Shown: positions 1 through 12,916 of the stretch, in pieces
Position numbering within the stretch: position 1 is the stretch's first letter
How the letters are laid out: each line of letters begins with the position of its first letter
Assembly (NCBI GenBank): GCA_951406725.2
Contig: OX597819.1
Coordinates: forward strand, 64,480,001-64,544,000
Direction of reading: 5' to 3'
Source: Octopus vulgaris
Lineage: Eukaryota
Length of the DNA: 64,000 nucleotides
Notes under the pieces: model-generated
What the model was told of the DNA's origin: nothing
The model's input: only the letters and a program-made list of their open reading frames with translations
Databases searched by the model: none
Made by a program: the position numbers and the translations under genes

Positions 1-310
1 GCATCTCTGATCATGAGTAGAAGTAGTGGGGGAGCATCATAGCCATGTGTCGAGAAGAATTCTTTGGGAATTGAATGATTTACCTTTGGAATCATGGGTG
101 TTTTGTTCAACATCCGTAAACAACCCTTATTCAGGAACATTTTGAGCGGGGGATGCTACTCGATCTAAAGAAAATTCTAACTGGGCCTCATTAGCAAGTA
201 ATGTGTTGTTTATGTTGATATGATATCCTCATGTTGCGCAAATATGGTTGTGATTCATGTGCATGGTGTACCCTTATCACACGGTAAGTCATGCTGGGTA
301 TATTGGGCTA
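1..310 (+). mobile_element. Partial copy of a ~560-bp non-coding interspersed repeat associated with (AAT)n
   Basis: Aligns by eye to 34556-34865 (gcatctctgatca.gag.agaagtagtgggggagcatcatagccatgtgt...); followed by (AAT)n/(GAT)n at 341-477. Confidence 0.8.
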
Positions 311-665
311 TTTTGATGACATGAACCGCCCTCTGACACAATAATAATAATAATGATAATAATAATAATGATGATGATGATGGTGATGATGATGATGATG
401 ATGATGAGGAGGAGGATGATGACGCTGCTGCAGCTGCTGCTGCTGATGATGATAGTGCTGATGATGAGGATAATGACTTTTATTTTTATTTCTATTGCTA
501 TTAATATTTCTATGTTTTTTTTTTTATTTGATGAGAATACATTTACGTGGCTTCATCTTAATCTACATAAATAGTAGTTTATTTTGCTGCAAGATTCTTA
601 CAGTTATGATTTTCGACACTAAACACACATAGACGGTGAAGAGGAGGGATAATATTGTAAAAATA

Positions 666-1082
666 GGCGTGTGGTAAGTAGCTTGTTTACCAACCACATG
701 GTTCCGGGTTCAGTCCCACTGCGTGGCACCTTGGTCAAGTGTCTTCTACTATAGCCTCGGGCCGACCAAAGCCTTGTGAGTGGATTTGGTAGACGGAAAC
801 TAAAAGAAGCCCGTCCTATATATGTATATATATATTATATATATTATATATATATGCGTGTGTGTGTTTGCGTGTCTGTGTTTGTCCCCCTAGCATTGCT
901 TGACAACCGATGCTGGTGTGTTTATGTCCCCTTTACTTAGCGGTTCGGCAAAAGAGACCGATAGAATAAGCACTGGGCTTACAAAAGAATAAGTCCCGGG
1001 GTCGAGTTGCTCGATTAAAGGCGGTGCTCCAGTATGGCTGCAGTCAAATGACTGAAACAAGTAAAAGAGAAAAAAGAGAAAG
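666..1082 (+). mobile_element. tRNA-derived SINE, family A (octopus OK/OR-like)
   Basis: Head with A-box/B-box-like tgtggtaagtag and ggttcagtccc, CORE-like accttgg.caagtg, internal (TA)n(TG)n, 3' end gcagtcaaatgactgaaacaagtaaaagag; about 10 copies in window. Confidence 0.85.
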
Positions 1083-2292
1083 ACAAAAAAACATGTAAAA
1101 ACAGTCGCTGCACTAACAGAAATTGCAAGTAATTGTATATAACATCAATAACCACTTGAACGGATATGTTCTGTGCTCTTTCTGTTTGGCTTTGCATCAT
1201 TAGAAATTTTTCCGTATATCATTAGAAGAAGAACATGCGTTCTCTGGATTGCCCATAATATGAATATCCCTATGATGTTCTCGAAGCATTTAAAGGTAAA
1301 TTAGGTTTTAAAACCTTCAACGTAGTTTTAAAATCTCAAAACTGGATGCTGTTTCCTGGCAAATTGCCAATATGCGACGGATTTAACTGTCTTCTATCGT
1401 TAGTAATGTTTTTTTGCTAGTTTCTTAATTCAATCATGAATTGATTACACGAAGTAGTATGTTCATAGATATTTCTAGAAATATAATCAGTTAATTAGAA
1501 TTTCAAATCGATTTCCGTCGTTACAATTTTGTAATGTGTAATACGAAGCAGAGTTCTCTGTCGCGACTTGTAAATCAGATAAGTAATATCAATTAATTTT
1601 TTGTATGCAAAAATACTACAATATTTTATGTTTGCACTTAACTAGGGGAATGTCTCTGTATCCATCCAAACTTATTACTTCATAACTCTAAGCAATATCT
1701 GCCGTCTGCATTCGATAATTCACAATAATTCACTACCATGATACCAGTTTAAATACCTTTACTTGTCTTGGGGGAATGTTATATATATGTCATTTCATTA
1801 GCTAATACCTCCCCTACCACACCTTTTGTTGTCCTATCTTTTCTAACAACTTAATGCTTATATTACTTACATATATGAGTATGAAGTCCTCATCTATCTT
1901 ATTCAGTAAGCTTTTTTTTTTACAACCAATTTGAATTCCTTTGTAAAAATATTTAAGCATTAGCTTTTTATAATGTGTATTTTTCATGAAATCTGGTTAT
2001 ACTGTATTTTTACACCTAGAACTCTTAACATGTTTCGAATCCTAAGGATCTGCAACACTGTTCACCTAATGACCAGATTGAAACATATGTAGACACTTGC
2101 TATGATGTTTTCCTGTTAAGTTATGTTCCTTTTAATTCTATATTTATTAAATGGTTTGGTATGTTATTATCCTAATACCAATAAAAATAATTATACACTA
2201 TTTTCTCCATTACCTAATATTAATATATATGTATATCTATATATATATAGCAATAATAATTCTCTAAACGAGATATAAACAGTAACTGCTCC

Positions 2293-2531
2293 ATAACATA
2301 AGGGACCTCAGCCATCTGAATGTGGCTAGGGACAGGGCAGGGCGGTGGGGTGTTACTGATGCATTTAGCCCAAGGCGATCATCAACGTCACCAGGAGGGC
2401 TGAGGACACCGTGATGGTGTCAGCCCTCCTGGTGACGTTGATGATCGCCTGGGGCCAAATGCATCAGTAACACCCCCACCGCCCTGCCCTGTCCCTAGCC
2501 ACATTCAGATGGCTGATGTCCCTTATGTTAT
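2293..2531. repeat. GC-rich fold-back inverted repeat (~110-bp arms) between (TA)n tracts
   Basis: ataacataagggacctcagccatctgaatg... versus ...cattcagatggctgatgtcccttatgttat; apex gacacc-gtgat-ggtgtc; few mismatches. Confidence 0.9.
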
Positions 2532-2547
2532 ATATATATATATATAT

Positions 2548-3085
<538 letters not shown>

Positions 3086-3833
3086 CATGTGTGTATGTAT
3101 ATTACAAAATAGAAGTTTCAATATAAGCATTAGTTGTAACAATAACAATATTGAATGCATGATTTGTATCAATATTATTATTCATACAAATTACACGCAA
3201 GCTTGTAACATTGCATGTATATATGTTGTAGAAATGGTTGGATATATTTTGTGCAGACAAAAAGTAGTTAGACACATATACACACTCACAGGCGCCAATG
3301 CGCAGATACACACAGAAAATGACATACGCACACACCTCTGTTGGTTGGCCTACTAAATTTAAGATACCATAAATGTCGAACTGATGACACCTTTTGAGAC
3401 AGAAACACCTCAGGGCCACTCTCCTCTTATCGTCTTTTCTTTAATAGCCCATTAATCTTGACACGTGAGATAATATCACCTAATTTGGATCCGGTATTAA
3501 TCTCCTTTTATAATTCTGGCACATCATTTAGCGGTGGAGATCATTTTGACGAACCAAGAATTAATTTGAATTGTATTTTATAGCCTAGTATTTGTCTAAT
3601 CATAGAAATTTTGGTATGCTTTCTTTTACATGATACTTGATAATATCACACTAATTAATGGTATAGCAACACGGAATGGAAATATTGTTTGCAAGCGACC
3701 TGTATACATGGCCAGAAATGATATTATCGTAGATTCTTGATGAATACACAGCAAATAAGGAATAATTCATTAATCCCATTTCTAATTGGCTATATATTGA
3801 TCTAAGCATTATTATAAGTATATCCATGAATAA

Positions 3834-3985
3834 TGGCTGTGTGGTATGTAGCTTGCTTCCCAACCACATGGTTCCGGGTTCAATCCATCTGCATGGCACC
3901 TTGGGCAAGTGCCTTCTACTATAACCTCGTGCCGACCAAATCATTGTGAGTGGATTTGGTAGACGGAAACTGAAAGAAGCCCGTC

Positions 3986-4056
<71 letters not shown>

Positions 4057-4276
4057 TGTGTGTGTGTGTGTGTATGTTTGTGTGTCTGTGTTTGTCTCCC
4101 CAACACTGCTTGACAAAGGATGGTGGTGTATTTACGTCGCCGTAACTTAGCGGCTCGGCAAAAGGGCCCGATAGAATAAGTACTAGGCTTACAAAGAATA
4201 AGTCCTGGCGTCAATTTGCTCGACTAAAGGCGCTGCTCCAGCACGGCCGCAGTCAAATGACTGAAACAAGAAAAAA

Positions 4277-4279
<3 letters not shown>
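3834..4279 (+). mobile_element. SINE family A
   Basis: Same head, internal (TA)n(TG)n and tail as 666-1082. Confidence 0.85.
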
Positions 4280-4320
<41 letters not shown>

Positions 4321-4323
<3 letters not shown>

Positions 4324-4724
4324 CGCAGGAGTGGCTGTGTGGTAAGTAGCTTGTTTACCAACCACATGGTTCCGGGTTCAGTCCCACTGCGTGGCACCTT
4401 GGGTTAGTGTCTTCTACTATAGCCTCGGGCCGACCAAAGCCTTGTGAGTGGATTTGGTAGACGGAAACTGAAAGAAGCCCGTCGTATATATGTATATATA
4501 TATGCGTGTGTGTGTTTGTGTGTCTGTGTTTGTCCCCCTAGCATTGCTTGATAACCGATGCTGGTGTGTTTATGTCCCCGTTACTTAGCGGTTCGGCAAA
4601 AGAGACCGATAGAATAAGTACTGGGCTTACAAAAGAATAAGTCCCGGGGTCGAGTTGCTCGATTAAATGTGGTGCTCCAGCATAGCCGCAGTCAAATGAC
4701 TGAAACAAGTAAAAGAGAAAGAGT
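4321..4724 (+). mobile_element. SINE family A, full length
   Basis: aggcgcaggagtggctgtgtggtaagtagc...gactgaaacaagtaaaagagaaagag; inserted in (TA)n. Confidence 0.9.
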
Positions 4725-4727
4725 ATA

Positions 4728-5210
<483 letters not shown>

Positions 5211-5213
5211 TTA

Positions 5214-5403
5214 TGTGGACACCCTTATGTTAGAAATAGATCCACTAAGAAATGTTTAAGACCATAGTGGATCTATTTCTAGCATAAGGGTGTCCACAGA
5301 GTGGTTTCCCTATAATATGTATCTAATACAATTTTACTGAACCACTGGTGTGAAATCGATGTTAATTAAATTAATATCTAATTTCTCACCCTCACCCTCA
5401 TTT

Positions 5404-5409
<6 letters not shown>
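5214..5409 (+). mobile_element. TA-targeted element family B (putative PLE-type end) with short fold-back (5214-5247 / 5265-5298)
   Basis: tgtggacacccttatgttagaaatagatccacta / tagtggatctatttctagcataagggtgtccaca; homologous to 11936-12150 and 63665-63846. Confidence 0.75.
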
Positions 5410-5462
<53 letters not shown>

Positions 5463-5475
5463 ATGTGTGTGTGTG

Positions 5476-5516
<41 letters not shown>

Positions 5517-6552
5517 GTTCGAAACATTGCAATGCTGCGATCTGTGAATATTCGAAAGAGCATAGTAACAGAATATTTCCTTCTCACATAAACAACGGTC
5601 ATTCTGGCTTACTTAGGGTTCTAGTTAGGGTTGCGTAATGTAATAGTAGTTTCTACAATGGAAACCTATATAAAATATCTCCCACCATGGAATGTTATGT
5701 TAAAGTTAGGCAAAATAATATTTTATCGATGTGGTGGCCGGTGGTGTGTTGTAGTAATGAGAGTTTACTTTGTGAATGTAATGGTTTGCAACGACAGAAT
5801 CTCTTACTGATCGGCTTTTATTACATGTGTTTTGGAAGCTTATAAGCTACAAATGAAATTAGCAATAAGGAGCTTTACAAACACACAACAGAAATATTCA
5901 AACAATATAAATATAATATTGTCCGGTCTCACTTAGAAAGGAAACGTGCACCATGAGTATTATGCATAAAAACTGTAGAAAGTGAAGGATGAAACATTGC
6001 AGGAAGGAACAATGTAAATCACGAAAATGAATATATGATAAATGTGTTGCTAATAATCCTTATAGGCTTACGCGTACATACAGGCGTAAAACACAACATA
6101 CACATACACATACACGCGCACACATATATACACACCCTTCAGACTGCCCGCAACGCATATGTGAAGAAACGCACGGCTACACAGAAGATGACTTCTGTCA
6201 CAATAGCAGCTAAATTTTTCCTAACAGACACAAAAACCACTCGCACATACACAAATAAACAGGTGATACCACGCAAAATTCACGCACATAGTTACCACCA
6301 CCGACATGCACACATACAGTTACCACCACCCGTATACACAAACGCATTCAGTTAATGTCACACTTACACACACATGCTATTACACACACACGCGCACACG
6401 CACATACCCACAGATACACACATATGCCTCCTCTTATACTCTCCTGTCTTAGAAAATAATTTTTCTTCGTGCATTCCCTTCCAGTCATTTCAAAATATAA
6501 CTACATGTGGATGGTTGACGATTTTTAACTCCGTCTTCTTTTTCTGTCTCCT

Positions 6553-6587
6553 GCTTTTGATGAAGAGCTTTGCTCGAAACATAAAAA
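6553..6587 (+). ncRNA. Decayed minimal PLE-type hammerhead ribozyme
   Basis: TTGATGA-a-GAGC-ttt-GCTC-GAAAC-ATA-aaa; C3 and the cleavage-site G are mutated; related to 56541-56578. Confidence 0.5.
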
Positions 6588-6714
6588 AACCTTTCTGTCT
6601 TTCCCTCAACGCCTTTTAGTACTTTGCATGGACCAAGTCCTCGTGTTTTCTTGTGTTTTCGATTTTTTATTTATTACACACACACGCACAAACACACACA
6701 CACAAACACACACA

Positions 6715-6769
<55 letters not shown>

Positions 6770-7415
6770 TGCTGAAATCTACAAGTTTTTTTTCATTCTC
6801 TCTCTGTTTATTTCCTCTTATTCCTGTCTGTTTAATATTTTTCATTTTTCCTGAGGCTGAAAGTAATACACTTGCATCTTGTCCATACAACCGTCTTCGA
6901 CTTTTGTTTTTCTAAAAGTTTTCAACTATCGACTACAGGCCATTTCTATCGTCCTTGTCTTTTCTGGACAAGACATCTACCGCGCTGAACATCCGTTCTC
7001 TCGACTCCCGCCAATTTTATTCTTCTATTTATGCTATTTCTTTTTAAAATTTCTCCCACACGTAACCCATTACAATTCGTCTTGGCGTTTAGAACTTATC
7101 TTCCTCGGTTCTCTACTTTGCACATCTACTCTTGTTGTTTGTTCCTTCGAAGACCAAACCCAACACAAATATTATATTTATAAAAATTCTGGATGCAATT
7201 GTCGTTTGAAGTTTTCCAAACTTGTCTTTTATAGGATAAAAAAGCGAGTAGTAGAACAGTCGAAAAATTGACGAACGATTTTGGCATTTTGTCCTGTACT
7301 TATCTCTCGTGCGTTTAGGTATTGTTCACTCGTTGGTGATGTCCTGTACTTAATGTATATTTTTTATGTATTCATAATCGAACCCCACGAAGCCTTTCCA
7401 TAAGAATATATATAT

Positions 7416-7463
<48 letters not shown>

Positions 7464-7487
7464 GTCTACTTGTTCCTTTATCTCATT

Positions 7488-7654
7488 ATTTGTTTTAGTC
7501 ATTTGGCTGCGGCCATGTTAGAGCACCGCATTTAGTCGACAAAATCGAACCCAGGACTTAGTTTTTGTAACCCTAGTACTTACTCTATCAGTCACTTTAG
7601 GCGACCGCTATTTTACGGGAGCGTAAACACACCAACATCTACCTATACACACAC

Positions 7655-7690
<36 letters not shown>

Positions 7691-7755
7691 GACGGGCTTC
7701 TTTCAATTTCCGTCTAACAAATCCACTCACCCTATGGTCGGTCCAAGGATATAGT
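7488..7755 (-). mobile_element. SINE family A, degenerate
   Basis: agtcatttggctgcggccatg... and cgacgggcttctttcaatttccgtcta are reverse complements of the family A tail and head. Confidence 0.75.
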
Positions 7756-8879
7756 AGTGTGTACTTACATATGTATATGTATACATTTACTTACAGTGAA
7801 AATGTAAGAACACTTGATGAAAATATATTTCACGTCGCAATGCTTAACAAATCGCAAAATTTTCAGACTCTCCAGACAGGAGGGTTTTTGTGAAAATAGG
7901 AATGTTCAAGAATTCAGTTAATGGTATTGAATTTGCATCATCCAAACTTCTCTTCAACTAGCAGCAGGTCCTCGTCATTTTATAGTTGAATTCACAAATC
8001 TTGCACTGGAGAAAATATCACATGAGTTGGAATCACAGGCGACAAGATATTTACAATGTGAAACCTATGTTATTTTACGCATGGAATGAAACATTGATAC
8101 TTGCATATTAATCCTATTTATTATAGACACAAGGTCTGAAACATTGGTCCATGGTACTTGTCGGTTACATAAACCCCTTTACGCAACTGGTACATCCCGA
8201 TATGATGGAATGCGAAGACATCCTCACGGAACGTAAAGACGAACAGTATGTCTCTATGCATTTTGCTTAGGGTGCTAGCAATTCTCTTTGCTCGCTGATT
8301 TCTACTGGTATGGTTATACCAATTAATAAACTATTGGAAATTGCATATTCACTTTTCTATATCATGTTAATGCATCCAAAGTTATAAGAAATACAAACGT
8401 GACCGATGGCTCTGATATTATTTTCATTTGGCCAACATGTCTAGTGTTATTTTAGGTTTACTGTTTCGTGTCAATTTGATAAAAATGTAATCAAACTTAA
8501 AGGAAGAATGGCATCTGTTTCTCATTGTACTTGTTGTTCCCAACATTATTTATCTTAGAAACTATTCTATGGATATATTGGTAAATCTATTAGTACAATT
8601 TCAGAGTTGCTTGATGTTAGCGGAATAACTAAAAGTGTTAAGGAAAAAGTAAAAATCCGATTGCTTTGACGTAATAATTAAAAGGATAACGTGAGGATTT
8701 TATGTAGGTGTATACACACATAAAGACATACCTACAACATATGCATATATGTTTGCATTTATAAAAAGGAATTCAAAAGACACGGTGCTCTCTTAAAAGA
8801 TCCCAATGTTTTCCATCGAAAAGTACAGAGAATTGATAATATATGTTAGAATATCGATTCAGAATTGCATACATACATA

Positions 8880-9009
<130 letters not shown>

Positions 9010-9036
9010 AGCACAAACATCCCCACACACACACGT

Positions 9037-9084
<48 letters not shown>

Positions 9085-9091
9085 TTATATA

Positions 9092-10414
9092 CTAGCAGAG
9101 ATACCCGGCGTTGCCCGTGTTACATGGCATTGAAGAACTAGACTTTTCTGTTATATTTTCTCTAATGAATTGGATTATCTATGTTTCGAATTTCATTAAA
9201 ATTGCAGATAAGGGCTATTTCCCTCATAACCCCCCCCCCCAAGAAAAAATTTGAATCGTGCCACATGTATCCCATAATCCTGATTTTTATGCGTACATTC
9301 CAAAAGTTCAGTCTTATTGAACCTGTTAAAAAGATTTTGCTCCTGAAAAATGAAGGTCATGGAGCTCTAAAATGTGAGAGTTAAGGCTCCTGTTAGGAGT
9401 GGGCATCTTAATGTCCACCAGAGAATTTGAATTGTTGAGAATAATTTTAACTTGTGTCTTATATCGATTGTTTGAATTTCTTTGAAATAGGAAATATATG
9501 TTCACTGGGTTTGTAAAAAAAGAGCAAAGCTGCAGGAAACCAAAAGACGAATGATCACAATAAGAAGTCAGCTACCCTACCCTAGTCGTTACCACTCCCG
9601 ATGTAGGATTTCTCACCATCTAGGTGACAGGCACAGCCGTAAGATGCATTACGAATCTATAGCAATTGGAAGGGCGTGACCCAACTAAATAAACATTAAC
9701 AACTGTGTGGCGTGAGGGCTAAGGAGAAATGAAAGTGTCACCTCTGGCTTTTGGAAATGACCACTATACTGATACGTAACTGGACAGAATAAATTTACAA
9801 TCTATAAATGTCTTTGAATAACCAGTCACTCATGTGGGTAGGCCTTGCAATCAATGTTACCATTTGGGGACTATGTGTGACCGAGTGATAATAAAAAGAC
9901 TGAAAGGAGGTCTGCAAATCAAATAACTTTACTCAACACTTTGCAACTGAATCAGCGGAGGCAAAGATGCCTCTCATTTACTTGACAATTTATGCACCAC
10001 AGTGCAGAAATCACAATGTAAGTGTATGTCAAAGCAAACTGTTACACTGTTGTACCATTGAATAACAAATAATGATCAACTTTTATGCTCGGGTAACCCT
10101 ACAGCTTCCAAGAACACAACTGTATTCGTTTTTGCTTAGAAAAAATGACAAAATTGTGGATGTTATGTCCCCATGGAGGAATCTTTCTAACTTGTAAGAA
10201 ATTGAAATTGTATAAATATGACTTCATTTGTGTCAAATATCTATGTTAATAATCTCATCAACAGCAAAAATATATGAATTGCCATGGGGGTTATGGCCCT
10301 TATGCATAGAATACAATTACCAAATTTCATAAAAATCCATTCAGTACTTTTGGCCTAGTTTTGGATCATAGAAGAAATGACTAAAAGTTTGGAGTTAAAG
10401 CCTCCATTAGGGTG

Positions 10415-10430
<16 letters not shown>
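9092..10430 (-). mobile_element. Non-autonomous Helitron-like element
   Basis: Minus-strand 3' end cgggcaacgccgggtatctctgCTAG followed by T; possible frameshifted PIF1-helicase remnants (LFNGTT; VISKSQR) at ~9730-10080; 5' boundary uncertain. Confidence 0.6.
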
Positions 10431-10463
<33 letters not shown>

Positions 10464-10483
10464 TATTTCTTACTGACTTGGCT

Positions 10484-10590
10484 ATTTCTTACTGATGAGT
10501 CTAAGGGCCTATGGTGGATTGGCTTGATTTAATTTAATCAGGTTAGTTTACCATTAAACGGTAGATGAAACGGTGCATCGTCTAAGAAAT
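10484..10590 (+). ncRNA. Type I hammerhead ribozyme, predicted cleavage after GUC at 10582
   Basis: Stem I atttctta/taagaaat; CTGATGA 10492-10498; stem II gtcta/tagat enclosing a 19-bp hairpin; GAAA 10567-10570; stem III cggtgcatcg; TC. Confidence 0.9.
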
Positions 10591-10973
10591 TACAGGGTAA
10601 AAGTTTTTCAATTTTCTCCTGGTTTACGGAATTAATGTTATTTTGCGGTTAAAGCTTTTGGCTGTTATTTCTAGTGGGTGAATGGCCTATTATGGCCGTT
10701 CCTTGATTGTGATGTTGAACGTAAAAATGGTTTATGACTATTTAATTTTTTCCTACTAGGCCGCTGGTGGCAAAAGAATTCTACAAAATTTTTTTGCCAC
10801 CCTATATTGATTAATTATGAATTTTCTGGTTAGTTCCGTAATGGAATCGGTGGCTTATATTTATTTGCTGCCGAAAAATTTGGCGCGAGTGCGACGATTT
10901 GAAAATTTTAGGTCAGATATTGCCGAGGTAGCAAGAGGAATGCCTCGTGAAGAATATCTGTTCCGACTTGGCT

Positions 10974-11080
10974 ATTTCTTACTGATGAGTCTAAGGGCCT
11001 ATGGTGGATTGGCTTGATTTAATTTAATCAGGTTAGTTTACCATTAAACGGTAGATGAAACGGTGCATCGTCTAAGAAAT
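10974..11080 (+). ncRNA. Type I hammerhead ribozyme (second copy), predicted cleavage after 11072
   Basis: Identical to 10484-10590; CTGATGA at 10982-10988. Confidence 0.9.
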
Positions 11081-11574
11081 TACAGGGTAAAAGTTTTTCA
11101 ATTTTCTCCTGGTTTACGGAATTAATGTTATTTTGCGGTTAAAGCTTTTGGCTGTTATTTCTAGTGGGTGAATGGCCTATTATGGCCGTTCCTTGATTGT
11201 GATGTTGAACGTAAAAATGGTTTATGACTATTTAATTTTTTCCTACTAGGCCGCTGGTGGCAAAAGAATTCTACAAAATTTTTTTTTGCCACCCTATATT
11301 GATTAATTATATATATATATATGTATAGATATATACACACACATACACATACAAAGAAATATTTATAGATACAACTTAGTGGGCAAACAAAACTTTGTGA
11401 CACAGCTTAGTGCTTTTTTATGTTGATAAGCCTGTACGCCTGGTACTAATTTTATTAGTTTGTTCGTTTGAAAACAGTAAGTTATGGGGATATAAATGAA
11501 CAGCAGTTGTAAAGCAGTGATGAGGGCGAAACAAGAGACAAAGACACACACATACACTTACATATACATATAGA

Positions 11575-11740
11575 TACGATTGATTTCTTTCAGTTTCTGT
11601 CTACAAAATCCACTGATAAGGCTTTGGATGGTCTGAGGCTATAGCAGAAGACACATGCCAAGTTACCACACAGTGTGACTGAACTGAGGATCATGTGTTT
11701 TGGAACCAAGTTTGTCACCACACAACCACACCTGCACCTA
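11575..11740 (-). mobile_element. SINE family A, 5' part
   Basis: ttctttcagtttctgtctacaaaatccact...ccacacaaccacacctgcaccta is the reverse complement of the head. Confidence 0.7.
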
Positions 11741-11807
11741 TGCATGTGTGTGTGTGTGTGTGTGTGTGTGGTGTATGTGTGTATGGGTGTATATATGTAT
11801 GCATAAA

Positions 11808-11859
<52 letters not shown>

Positions 11860-11935
11860 TATTACATGTACATCTATATATATATATTCGTCTCCACATA
11901 CATGTATACATATATATCTATATATATATATATAA

Positions 11936-12150
11936 TTTCAAATAATGAGGGTGAAAAATTGAATATTAATTTGATTAATATGAATTCAAAACCAGTGGTG
12001 TAGCATATAAGACCATAGCGGATCATCTTCTAGCAAAATGGATGTCCACTGTTAATGGTTCATCCCTGTTATAGTTTCATTTTTAATAGTTTCAGTATTA
12101 ACGTGAAAGTATCTGAGATTACAATAGAGATATGTTTTTGTTTCAGTTTT
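11936..12150. mobile_element. TA-targeted family B: inverted 3' tail (11936-12007) joined to a 5' start at TAAGACCA (12008)
   Basis: Homology to 5257-5409 and 63665-63846. Confidence 0.65.
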
Positions 12151-12194
12151 AACACGTAATACTGAAATAGTGGAGAAGATATGATATTGCTGTG

Positions 12195-12360
12195 GACTCG
12201 CCCTAGGCAAGAAGTTAAAAAAAAATTTGCCCATGACACTACATGGACCTTAAGTAAGGCGTGTGTAAAATTTGAATGAAATTGGTTGTGTAGTTCTCAA
12301 GTTTTAGGGATTTACACAGACAGACAGACAAATACGCACACATTCTCAGGTTTATATACA
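12195..12360 (-). mobile_element. Non-autonomous Helitron/HINE-like 5' segment
   Basis: Minus strand reads tataaacctgagaatgtgtgcg...(gtct)n...aactacacaaccaatttcattcaaatttt, similar in layout to 50047-50150. Confidence 0.4.
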
Positions 12361-12368
12361 TATATATA

Positions 12369-12426
<58 letters not shown>

Positions 12427-12427
12427 A

Positions 12428-12507
<80 letters not shown>

Positions 12508-12916
12508 CGGTCTCAAACAGCGTTATTTATTACAATTATCAACACCGGGTATTACTACCAGGTATATCTCGACTAACACCGCTGCTCAACTTGTCATTTT
12601 TCCGACTTATTGCTCCATGCATCACATAGAAGTATTGTATACACACGTGCAGCCTCAAAGGATGCAACAAAATAGGATTAAATACTCAACGACCTTTTTT
12701 CCTTTTTTCAATTTTGTACTCATTTTCCCTGTATCTCCGTCTATATTCCTCCGATAAACTCTAAATCATTCTGAGGGTGTTTATTTCATGGAACGAGAAA
12801 AATGCAAATTCATGTCAAACATAACAAACTTAATTAAACTACAATCTTTTAATACCAATGATGGATAGGAAGGTACTATAGTTCGCTTGAGGCACTGCGT
12901 ATTGTTTGTAAAGAAT

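Larger units (their letters stand above)
10461..11310 (+). mobile_element. Retrozyme-like / non-autonomous PLE-type element: ~344-bp direct repeats (10475-10818, 10965-11310), 146-bp spacer, 490-bp period
   Basis: Repeats appear identical by eye except two extra T in a T-run; one HHR per repeat; (TA)n on both flanks. Confidence 0.85.

Noticed and set aside
2038-2096. CTAAGGA-tctg...caga-tt-GAAACATATGTA, a possible decayed HHR
   Set aside because: Core G5 is mutated and stem I has only 2 bp; too weak without a family consensus.
2400-2425. CTGAGGA followed by a hairpin at the palindrome apex
   Set aside because: No GAAA or cleavage triplet follows, so it is not a complete HHR.
3375-3415. CTGATGA...GAAAC motif
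   Set aside because: Stems I and II do not pair convincingly.
10817-11017. 66-aa ORF inside the HHR element
   Set aside because: Short, no recognisable motif, and it overlaps RNA hairpins and the ribozyme core; probably incidental.
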